A stretch of DNA of 14,091 nt from Candidatus Eiseniibacteriota bacterium (GTDB taxonomy: Bacteria > Eisenbacteria > RBG-16-71-46). How positions within the stretch are numbered: position 1 is the first letter of the stretch; each line of letters begins with the position of its first letter. This document shows positions 1-7,852 of the stretch, in pieces. Made by a program: the position numbers and the translations under genes. The stretch covers positions 1 through 14,091 of the forward strand of contig JANLWX010000079.1 of assembly GCA_031364845.1 (NCBI GenBank). The letters run 5' to 3'. The notes below the pieces were generated by a model, which saw only the letters and a list, made by a program, of their open reading frames with translations, did no database searches and was not told where the DNA came from.

Positions 1-278
1 GGATCGGTGAAGTTGCTGATGTTGCCGTGCGCGTGGAATTTCGCAAGGTTGTCGAGCACGCCGAAGTAGCGTTTGGACGCGCTGCGCCACGACAGCGTGT
101 ACGTGGTCGTGAACCACATGGGCGATCTCATCTACAGCACCAGCGGGAGCTACCCCGCCTACCGCTATCCCACCACGTACACGCTGTCGTGGCGCAGCGC
201 GTCCAAACGCTACTTCGGCGTGCTCGACAACCTTGCGAAATTCCACGCGCACGGCAACATCAGCAACTTCACCGATCC
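1..278. repeat. Perfect 107-bp inverted repeat (1-107 = reverse complement of 172-278), probable fold-back chimera at the sequence end
   Basis: 1-107 (GGATCGGTGAAG...GTACGTGGT) matches the reverse complement of 172-278 (ACCACGTAC...CTTCACCGATCC) base for base, with a 64-nt spacer. Confidence 0.95.
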
Positions 279-2793
279 CGAGCAGGTCGTCGGCGAGCTG
301 TTCGGCCTCGACGATCTGAAGACCGAGGACGCCGCCGTACAGAACGAACTGATCCTCGCCTCGCAGTGGCTGATCGAGAACACCGACTGCGATGGCTATC
401 GCATCGACACCGTGAAGCACGTCGAGATGTCGTTCTGGAACACTTGGGCGCCCGCCGTCCACGCGCACGCCATCTCGCGCGGCAAGGACCGCTTCTTCCT
501 GTTCGGCGAAGTGTTCGACGGCGACGATGCGAAGAACGGCTCGTACACCGGCACCGTCTCGGGCGGCAACTACAAGCTCGACGCCGTGCTGCACTACCCC
601 ATGTACAACACGACCAACGGCGTGTTCGGCTTCGACAATCCGCCGAGCGAGATCTCGAGCCGCTACGCGCAGCTCGGCTTGTACGACGCGACCACGCGCG
701 AGCAACTCGTCACGTTCCTCGACAACCACGACAACTCGCGGTTCTTGGGGTTCGGCATCGCGAATCAGGACGAGAGCCGCCTGCGCGCGGCACTCGGCTG
801 GCAGCTCACCTCGCGCGGCGTGCCGTGCGTGTACTACGGCACCGAGCAGGAGTTCGACGGGGGAAGTGATCCGTACAATCGCGAAGATATGTGGGATGGG
901 GCGTGGGATTTCGGGCCGTCGGATTTCGATAACTTCGATATGGTGCATCCGCTGTTTCTGCATACGAGGAAGTTGCTCGATGCGCGCAAGCGGCACGAGG
1001 CGCTGCGGCGCGGGGTGACGACGGAGCGGTTTGCAGAGGGCGCGGGGCCGGGGCTGTATGTGTACGACCGGCGCACCGCGACGGACTCCGTGCTGGTGGC
1101 TGTGAATACTTCGAACGCGCCGGTGATTCGGGTGGGGCAGAGTTCGCCTTGGGCATCGGGCTCAGTGCTCGTCGATGCGCTGGATTCCGCGGTGCGCGAC
1201 ACGATCGGTGCGGGCGGAGCTTTCACATTGCGCGTGCCTGCGCGCGGGGTGCGTGTTCTGGAGTCGCTCGCCGCGAATGTGGCGACCGGTGCTGCGGAGT
1301 TGCTGCATGTGACCACGACGTACCCGGGGCACGATCAGAACCTGAACGACCGCAGCTCGCCGATGACGGTGACGTTCGACCGGCCGATCGATCCCGCGAC
1401 GCTGCCCGGGGCGTTTGCGATTGCGCCGGCGACCGGCGGAGCTTGGCAGGTGGCGAATGATGGACGCTCGGCGAAGTTCTTTCCTGCGGCGATGTGGTCG
1501 GCGGGAACGTCGTACGCGTGGAGCTTCGACATGACGCTGCGCAGCGCCGACGGTCGCTCGATGCCTGCTGCGTATGCGTCGAGCTTCAAGTTCCTGGCGC
1601 CATCGATCGGAATCACGGTGGTCGCCGGATTTACCGCCGATCGCATCGCACGGCAGGGGCTGGGTGCGGCCGAGGGCATCGCCTTCGTACCAGCACTGGG
1701 TTCGCTGCTCGTCACCGACACTTCGCGCGACCGCATCTTTACCATCACGCCCGGCGGCGATCTGGGACATTGGCTCGGCGACTCGCGCTGGACCGAGAGC
1801 GAAGGCATCGCGCAGGCGCCCGACGGCCGCATCACCGTGCTCGATCACACCGGCATATTCGCGATCGACGCGCGCCGCATGATCACGCATACCTCGGCCA
1901 GCACCGCCGCATCGCAGACCGGCGCAGGAGCGTGGGGAGGAGCCGCGTTCTCGAACCGCTTCTACATGGGCGACCCCGCGAGCGATCGCATCGTGTATGT
2001 GAACCCTGCCAGCACGAACACCCTGTTCGCGACGGGCATCGCCGGCGCCGAAGGGTTGGCGTTCAGTACCAACCGCGCATGGGGCACGGACCTCTACGTC
2101 GCCGATGCCAACCTGACCTCGCTCGGATCGAACGCGAACGGAACCGGACGCATCGCGCGCGTGACTCCGGCCGGAGTCGTGTCGACGTTCGTGCAGAACG
2201 CGGCGCTGCTGAACGGCGCGTGCGGAATGGCGTTCGACACCTACGGGCGCTTCGGAGGCAACCTGTTCGTCGCCGATATCTTGGGCGAGCGAGTGCTGCA
2301 GGTGACGCCGGCCGGAGCTGTGAGCGTATTCGCGACCGGCTTCAAGAACTTGAGTGGATCGCAGTGCCTGGCGTTCGCGCCGGACGGCGCGCTGTACGTG
2401 TGCGACGCAGGGTCCGGGCAACCATTCTCGAACTCGATGGGGACGAACCAGGCGCAGATCGTACGGATCGCGCCGGCGGTGCTGACGACGGATGTGGTCG
2501 CTGATGCGAATGCCGGCGGCGTTTCGCTCGCGCAGCCGATGCCGAACCCGGCGCGGGATGATGTGGTGTTCAGTTTCACGTTGCCGGTCGCGGGTGCCGC
2601 GAAGCTGTCGGTCTACGATCTCTCGGGGCGGTTGGCGCGGACGCTGTTTGCTGGGCGAGCAGACGCTGGAGTTCGGAGCGTGCGCTGGGACGTGCGCGAT
2701 GATCGCGGACTGCGCGTGCGGGCCGGGATGTATTTTGCGGTGGTGGAGACGGAGTCGGGAAGGGCGGGCCGGCGGGTGGTAGTGTTGCCGTAG
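73..2793 (+). CDS. GH13 alpha-amylase family glycoside hydrolase with Ig-like, beta-propeller and C-terminal FlgD-Ig domains. 5'-truncated: genuine sequence begins near 101 and the TTG at 73 lies in the inverted copy
   Basis: GH13 conserved regions: (D)VVVNH, DGYRIDTVKH (nucleophile Asp), GEVFD (acid/base Glu), FLDNHD, and GVPCVYYGTEQ. Ig-like segment TYPG..PMTVTFDRPID at about 1303-1596. Propeller blades AEGIAF/SEGIAQ/AEGLAF/CGMAFD/CLAFAPDG at about 1612-2475. PNP...LSVYDLSGRLARTL...WD.RDDRG....GMYF at about 2521-2790. Confidence 0.9.
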   Translation: MDALRHDSVYVVVNHMGDLIYSTSGSYPAYRYPTTYTLSWRSASKRYFGVLDNLAKFHAHGNISNFTDPEQVVGELFGLDDLKTEDAAVQNELILASQWLIENTDCDGYRIDTVKHVEMSFWNTWAPAVHAHAISRGKDRFFLFGEVFDGDDAKNGSYTGTVSGGNYKLDAVLHYPMYNTTNGVFGFDNPPSEISSRYAQLGLYDATTREQLVTFLDNHDNSRFLGFGIANQDESRLRAALGWQLTSRGVPCVYYGTEQEFDGGSDPYNREDMWDGAWDFGPSDFDNFDMVHPLFLHTRKLLDARKRHEALRRGVTTERFAEGAGPGLYVYDRRTATDSVLVAVNTSNAPVIRVGQSSPWASGSVLVDALDSAVRDTIGAGGAFTLRVPARGVRVLESLAANVATGAAELLHVTTTYPGHDQNLNDRSSPMTVTFDRPIDPATLPGAFAIAPATGGAWQVANDGRSAKFFPAAMWSAGTSYAWSFDMTLRSADGRSMPAAYASSFKFLAPSIGITVVAGFTADRIARQGLGAAEGIAFVPALGSLLVTDTSRDRIFTITPGGDLGHWLGDSRWTESEGIAQAPDGRITVLDHTGIFAIDARRMITHTSASTAASQTGAGAWGGAAFSNRFYMGDPASDRIVYVNPASTNTLFATGIAGAEGLAFSTNRAWGTDLYVADANLTSLGSNANGTGRIARVTPAGVVSTFVQNAALLNGACGMAFDTYGRFGGNLFVADILGERVLQVTPAGAVSVFATGFKNLSGSQCLAFAPDGALYVCDAGSGQPFSNSMGTNQAQIVRIAPAVLTTDVVADANAGGVSLAQPMPNPARDDVVFSFTLPVAGAAKLSVYDLSGRLARTLFAGRADAGVRSVRWDVRDDRGLRVRAGMYFAVVETESGRAGRRVVVLP

Positions 2794-2901
2794 TACGTTC
2801 TGGCCGCTTGGCTCGGCACCCCACGATGGCGCTGGGAGTTGCGCTCACAGGCTCTTCGGCGCGGCCGCGGAAGGTCTGCCACCAAGAACGGAGAGGTGAC
2901 C

Positions 2902-3438
2902 ATGCGATACGCTCTGATCGTCGCGTTCGTTGGAATCCTGTCTCTTGCCGCGGCTGTAGCCCTTGCCGACGATACGGTCCAGCTCACTTCCGGTACTCGT
3001 GTTCGCGTCACGGTCCCAACCGGAGGCGGTCGGCTAGTCGGGACCGTCCTCGCACTCGACGACAAGAACCTCACGCTGCAGATTCCGGGTAAGACGGACA
3101 CTACGGTTCTCCGCCGCGAAGACATCACCACGGTGGATGTCTACGCGGGTCGCCGCTCCAGGGGCAGAGGCGCCCTCAACGGAGCAGCGTTTGGCGCGGT
3201 GATGGGCGCACTCATGGGCCTCGCGGCCGGTAGCGATGATCCAGGTACATTCATAAGGCTCTCGGCGGGGGGAAAGGCGTTGATCGCTGCCACTTTGTTG
3301 GCACCCATTGGGGCGCTGGTTGGTGCGGCCGCACCTCCACCGGAACGGTGGAAGGAACTGCCCAAGGATCGCATCCGCCTGAGCTTTGTGCCTGTCATTG
3401 GACGCGGTGCCGCGGTCTCCCTGGCGTTCGTGTTCTAA
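2902..3438 (+). CDS. Exported/membrane hypothetical protein (178 aa): signal peptide, small beta domain, glycine-zipper helices, C-terminal Phe
   Basis: GGAGAGG RBS just before ATG 2902. Sec-type signal MRYALIVAFVGILSLAAAVALA|D. GxxxG repeats GALNGAAFGAVMGALMG. Ends AAVSLAFVF. Confidence 0.8.
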   Translation: MRYALIVAFVGILSLAAAVALADDTVQLTSGTRVRVTVPTGGGRLVGTVLALDDKNLTLQIPGKTDTTVLRREDITTVDVYAGRRSRGRGALNGAAFGAVMGALMGLAAGSDDPGTFIRLSAGGKALIAATLLAPIGALVGAAAPPPERWKELPKDRIRLSFVPVIGRGAAVSLAFVF

Positions 3439-3454
3439 GAGGGGCCAGGTCGGG

Positions 3455-3937
3455 TCAGCGCCGACGAAGATGCGAGGGCGTGCGCTTCGATGGCGACGAA
3501 ATCAAGCCAAGGCGTTTCCAAGTGTCCAGGGAGTCCTTTGCGGCGATCGCCATCTTGAGAGGCTTCGATCCGCTGCAGGCATCGGTCGTGAGCATCGACT
3601 GTTTCTTGGGAAACGGTCGAGCAAACACGAGGTGCGTGGAATCTCCCCGGAGGGCCCAGTCTTCGAATGCGTATCCGCAATCACCGCCTCCAGTCCCAGT
3701 CGCGATGTCGACTACTGTGCCGGGAGAGACACCTTTCCATGACTCGATAATTTTCATCTGCACGAGTGAAAATGTGGGGACTGGAACGCGCACACTGACT
3801 TTCACCTTCATTACCTTTGCCACGAACACATGCGTGCTGGCGCGGAATTCGGCTTGAAGGGACTGCTCAATGCATGAGCATGCCGTTGCTCGGCCAGCGA
3901 TAGCCAGTAGCGACACGATCGTCAAAGTAAGTCTCAT
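3455..3937 (-). CDS. Secreted TIMP/NTR-like domain protein (160 aa)
   Basis: Internal ATG at 3937 of the 3455..4360 ORF gives signal MRLTLTIVSLLAIAGRATA|CSC. Mature protein has Cys1, Cys3, Cys68 (GGGDCGYAF) and Cys102, plus a VFVAKV strand. The longer ORF extension overlaps the AsnB gene and is discarded. Confidence 0.72.
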   Translation of the reverse strand: MRLTLTIVSLLAIAGRATACSCIEQSLQAEFRASTHVFVAKVMKVKVSVRVPVPTFSLVQMKIIESWKGVSPGTVVDIATGTGGGDCGYAFEDWALRGDSTHLVFARPFPKKQSMLTTDACSGSKPLKMAIAAKDSLDTWKRLGLISSPSKRTPSHLRRR

Positions 3938-3999
3938 GCAAAGTGCCCACCAGTCGCCGCCACGCACATCGGCTCGAAGCCGTTGATGCTGCGCAGAAA

Positions 4000-6000
4000 T
4001 CACCATGGCCTGCTCGCCACTCCATCTGCCAAGACTGTAACCCGCGCCGCGGTGCTCGCTTTGTGACCTTGCGTTCCCGCACTCCCGACCCACCGCTCTG
4101 CCCACATCTGCAGACTCAACACCGCCCACAACGTCCGCCCGCGCTCTGCCGCTCCCGACAGATGCTGTGCCAGCATGCGCTCGACGGCTCCGGCATCCAG
4201 AACTCCCGCGTGCTCGATGCGCTCGCGCGATAGCTTGCTCGTGAGGACTCCGCGCAAGGGGCCCCGCGCCCATGCGGAGAACGGGGGCGAGAAGCCCTGC
4301 TTGCGGCGCGTCACGATGGCTTCGGGCAGCAACTCCAAAGCGATCTGCTTCAGCGCCCACTTCCCGGTTCGCCCGCGCAGGCGCGCAGACTCCGGGAGCG
4401 CGAATGCATGCTCGATGAGCGGCGCGGACAGGAATGGCGCGCGTGATTCCACACCGTGCGCCATCGTGCAGCGGTCGACTTTCGCGAGCAGCCCGCCGCC
4501 CAAATAGAGCTCGAAGTCGAGGAGTTGATACGCGAGCGTCTCGGGTTTGCGCGAGCTCGCGCCACAGCGATCACCGATCGCGGACGCGAAGCGACGCAGA
4601 TGCGCACGCGCAGCATCGGGCGCCAAAGCCGCACGGAGATCCGGCGCCAGTAACGCCTCGGCTTCAGCAGGCGCAGCAGTTCCGAACCACGCAAGATGCC
4701 GCTCGAACGGCGGCAGGCCGCGCGTCCCTAGAAACTTCTCGATCAGCAGCGGGATCGTGACGTGATGGTGTCCGGGGCGCACGCGCCGAGCGAGCGCGAC
4801 CAGAGCGCTCGCGAGCGGTCCGGGCATGTGTTCGGCCAATCCGCCGTAGCGATGGCCGAGATACGTGGGATAGCCGCCGAACAGTTCGTCGCCACCTTCA
4901 CCCGTGAGCACGACGGGCACGTGCTTCGCGGCGAGTCGCGCCAGCGCCCAGGTGGGCAGCAGGCTGGGATCGCCGAGCGGCTCGTCCATCGTCTCGGCAT
5001 ACGAGGTCAGCACTTCTTCGCCGCTGCGATGGTCCATGGTGACGAGGAAGTGCTGGGCGCCGAGTTTATCGGCGACGGTGCGCGCGAGCGCGGATTCGTC
5101 GTAGCCCTGATCGGTCCAGCCGAGGCTGAAGGTCGGGAACCGGCGATGGTCGCGGGCGACGAGTGCGGCGGCCACACCGGAGTCGACGCCGCCCGACAGG
5201 AACACGCCGAAGGGAACTTCGTCGGGCACGCGCGAGTGCACGGCGCGCTCGAGGTGCTCGCGGGTGGTCGAGAGAATGGTGGCGTCGTCGGCCGGAGTTT
5301 CGTGATGGCCGTCGGCGGGCAGTTTGTCCCACGGGCGCCAGTAGCGGGTGAGGCGCTGATCGTCCTCGGTGATCTCGAGCACGTGTCCGGGCGGCAGCAT
5401 CTGGAGCGCGGCGAATGCCGAGTCGCCGCCGGCGAAGAATCCGTGCGCGAGGTAGCGCACGATCGCATCGGGCGATGGCGCGCGCGAGACCCACGGGAGT
5501 CCGACGAGCGCCTTGGGCTCCGACGCGAACGCGAAGCTCGACCCGTGGCGCGTGTAGTAGAGCGGCTTCTCGCCGGCGCGGTCGCGCGCGAGCACGAGCC
5601 GGCGTTCGCCGGCATCCCACAGGGCGGCGGCGAACATGCCGTCCATCACTTCGGGGAATCGCGCGCCGCGTTCTTCATAGAGATGCGGGATCACAGTGGT
5701 GTCGGGGCCGGCGCCGATGCGGTGGCCGCGAGCTTCGAGTCCGCGCCGCAGTTCGCGATGGTTGTAGATCTCGCCGTTCACCACGGTGTGAATGGTCGCG
5801 GTTTCGTTCTCGGCGGTGCGCGCGGGCAGGTGCGGGGCCACGATCGCGAGGCGCGCGAGGCCGAGAGTGATGCCGGGTCCGTTCCACAGCGCGTCACCGT
5901 CGGGGCCGCGATGCACGAGGCATCCGAGCATGGCCTCGACGTGGCGTCGGCGCGCGTCGGGTGTGAGTTCAGGTGCCCAGAGTCCTGCGATACCGCACAT
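4000..6000 (-). CDS. asnB: Asparagine synthase (glutamine-hydrolysing) family amidotransferase
   Basis: N-terminal MCGIAG (Ntn Cys), HRGPD, NGEIYNH, RDRAGEKPLYY, FLSGGVDS, VLTGEGGDELFGGY, KVDRCTMAHGVESRAPFL, RRKQGF. AAGGA RBS upstream. Confidence 0.95.
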   Translation of the reverse strand: MCGIAGLWAPELTPDARRRHVEAMLGCLVHRGPDGDALWNGPGITLGLARLAIVAPHLPARTAENETATIHTVVNGEIYNHRELRRGLEARGHRIGAGPDTTVIPHLYEERGARFPEVMDGMFAAALWDAGERRLVLARDRAGEKPLYYTRHGSSFAFASEPKALVGLPWVSRAPSPDAIVRYLAHGFFAGGDSAFAALQMLPPGHVLEITEDDQRLTRYWRPWDKLPADGHHETPADDATILSTTREHLERAVHSRVPDEVPFGVFLSGGVDSGVAAALVARDHRRFPTFSLGWTDQGYDESALARTVADKLGAQHFLVTMDHRSGEEVLTSYAETMDEPLGDPSLLPTWALARLAAKHVPVVLTGEGGDELFGGYPTYLGHRYGGLAEHMPGPLASALVALARRVRPGHHHVTIPLLIEKFLGTRGLPPFERHLAWFGTAAPAEAEALLAPDLRAALAPDAARAHLRRFASAIGDRCGASSRKPETLAYQLLDFELYLGGGLLAKVDRCTMAHGVESRAPFLSAPLIEHAFALPESARLRGRTGKWALKQIALELLPEAIVTRRKQGFSPPFSAWARGPLRGVLTSKLSRERIEHAGVLDAGAVERMLAQHLSGAAERGRTLWAVLSLQMWAERWVGSAGTQGHKASTAARVTVLADGVASRPW

Positions 6001-6012
6001 GGGGTCGTCCTT

Positions 6013-6114
6013 ATGTCATCAACTGTCATGTCACCAACTGTCCGTGAGGACAGTTGGAAGTCTTGTCGCGTGGTCCGCGCGCCACCCGACCGAACTGTCC
6101 GCACGGACAGTCGG
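6013..6114. repeat. Intergenic pair of related palindromes (REP-like) plus a 15-bp tandem repeat
   Basis: 6034-6057 CCAACTGTCC-GTGA-GGACAGTTGG (perfect 10-bp stem). 6090-6114 CCGAACTGTCC-GCAC-GGACAGTCGG. Tandem ATGTCATCAACTGTC (6013-6027) / ATGTCACCAACTGTC (6028-6042). Confidence 0.75.
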
Positions 6115-6150
6115 ATTAGTTTTCCACGCGTTTTCGTGCGAGGCGCCGCG

Positions 6151-7785
6151 CTAACGCGCGGCTCTTACACGCCGGAACGCCACAAACCGCCGGTCCCTGA
6201 AAAACTCCACACTCCCCGGCGGGGCCGGCGACGGATTGCGTCCGCGCCGCACGATCACCTGCGCCTCGGGCGCCAGGCTCGAGTCCGCCCACGCCCGCCA
6301 TCGTCTGTTGCGTTGGAGAGCCTCGCGATAGCGGACCTGATAGATGCTGGTGGTCTCTTCGCCTTTGGCGCTCACGAGATCCGAAATCCGATTGAGCCGG
6401 TAGTCCGTGCCGGGACTATAGCAGCGCTCGTAGCGCACGCGCGCTGCCGTCTCGGCAGCCGCAATCGCGGCTGCCAGGGGTCCCCCAGACTGGGTCTCAG
6501 CGTAACGCACGAGCACTGGCCCGGCGGTCGCAAACAGCAACGGGACGAAGGCGCAGAGTGCAGCGATCGCCCACGCCGGGCGCTGCCTTGCAGCGCCCAC
6601 ACCCGCGACCACCGCCGCGATGCCGAGCGCCACAGCGAACGCCGTCGCGGCCGGCGCCACCGGCATATCAAGCGACGCACTCAGCTTGCCGGTCATGGGC
6701 GCCGCAATCACGCCGCCGATCGCCAGCACCGCAAGCACGATCACGGCGGCCCACGCGCCGCGCCGCGCACGCGAAGGATCCGACCACGCCTCCGCGGCCA
6801 TCCACGCGAGCGGCGGCAAACACGGCACGAGATACGTGACGAGCTTCGAGTTTGACGCGGTGAAGAACACGGCGGCGAACAGCACGAAGCCAAGTCCGAC
6901 CCGGGCCGCGACGCTCATGGGCAGCGCCCATGGCGTTGCGAGCGACCATGGCAGCGCGCCGCCGAGCAGCACGGCGGGAACGAACCACGGCGGCTGATTG
7001 CGCTGGAACGACTTCGTGGTGAGGCGCTCGTACGACTCCTCCAAGAACGCGTAGCGCGGATACTCGGGATGCTGCTGGCTCGCGAGCCAGAACCAGCCGC
7101 CGGCCACTCCGAACACGATCAGCCAGCCGGGGATCCAGGCGAGCCACTTGAGCGGCTTGAACGATCGCATCATCGCGGCGGCGCCGACGCTGCCACCGAG
7201 CGTCCACGCGAGCATCACGGGGCCCTTCATGAACACCCCGGCAGTAACGGCGGCGAACATGGCGACGCGCCGCCATCGTGACGCTCCGTGCTCCAACTCG
7301 GCGGCGAGGCCGAGCCACACGATGGTCACGCACAGTCCGAGCAGCAGGTCGAAGATCACGTAGGCCGAGAGCACGGCGAACAAAGGTGCCGCCGCGAGCA
7401 GCGCGACGGCGAGCAACGCAAAGCGTGTCCCGCGATGTCGGCGCGCCGCAATGGCGAGCAATGCGAGCGTGACGGCGCCGGCGACGGCGGCGGGCACACG
7501 CGCGGCCCAGGGCTCGGTGCCGAACGCGCGGATCGCCATTGCTCCAGCCCAGAACAGGCCCGGAGGCTTGTCGAGATAAGGCATGCCGGCGAGGTGCGGG
7601 ACGATGAGGTTAGTGCCTGCCGCCATCTCGCGCGCGACTTCGGCGTTGCGGCCTTCGTCGGGATCGATCAGGGGATAAGCACGCGCGAGCAGCAGGTTCA
7701 CGATCAGCGCGAGCAACGCGACCACCAGTGGGAATGCGGCGCCTGAGCTTGGCTGGGGGTTGGAATTCCGGATCATGCGGCGCAC
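6151..7785 (-). CDS. ArnT/PMT-family (GT83/GT39-like) integral membrane glycosyltransferase
   Basis: DPDEGRNAEVAREM, PHLAGMPYLDKPPGLFW, EPWAARVP, MKGPV, SKLVTYLVP motifs and many TM helices. Start is GTG 7785 or ATG 7776. Confidence 0.9.
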   Translation of the reverse strand: MRRMIRNSNPQPSSGAAFPLVVALLALIVNLLLARAYPLIDPDEGRNAEVAREMAAGTNLIVPHLAGMPYLDKPPGLFWAGAMAIRAFGTEPWAARVPAAVAGAVTLALLAIAARRHRGTRFALLAVALLAAAPLFAVLSAYVIFDLLLGLCVTIVWLGLAAELEHGASRWRRVAMFAAVTAGVFMKGPVMLAWTLGGSVGAAAMMRSFKPLKWLAWIPGWLIVFGVAGGWFWLASQQHPEYPRYAFLEESYERLTTKSFQRNQPPWFVPAVLLGGALPWSLATPWALPMSVAARVGLGFVLFAAVFFTASNSKLVTYLVPCLPPLAWMAAEAWSDPSRARRGAWAAVIVLAVLAIGGVIAAPMTGKLSASLDMPVAPAATAFAVALGIAAVVAGVGAARQRPAWAIAALCAFVPLLFATAGPVLVRYAETQSGGPLAAAIAAAETAARVRYERCYSPGTDYRLNRISDLVSAKGEETTSIYQVRYREALQRNRRWRAWADSSLAPEAQVIVRRGRNPSPAPPGSVEFFRDRRFVAFRRVRAAR

Positions 7786-7852
7786 GATAACTGCGTGCGG
7801 GCCGGGCGAGAAATAGAACGCTCGCCGGGGTGTCTTCGGCCGGCGCGAGCCG

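Noticed and set aside
27..869. 280-aa alternate-frame ORF over the amylase start
   Set aside because: Arg/His-rich shadow frame of the GH13 gene that begins within the inverted copy.
3938..4360. N-terminal extension of the 301-aa ORF 3455..4360
   Set aside because: Overlaps the asnB 3' end in another frame. A clean signal peptide begins at ATG 3937.
4762..6855. 697-aa + strand ORF
   Set aside because: Antisense to asnB and the ArnT-like gene with no recognisable motifs. Long antisense ORFs are expected at high GC.
7800..7830. GGCGAG...CTCGCC stem between the HupE/UreJ and ArnT-like genes as a terminator
   Set aside because: Short stem, 10-nt loop and no U-tract, so support is insufficient.
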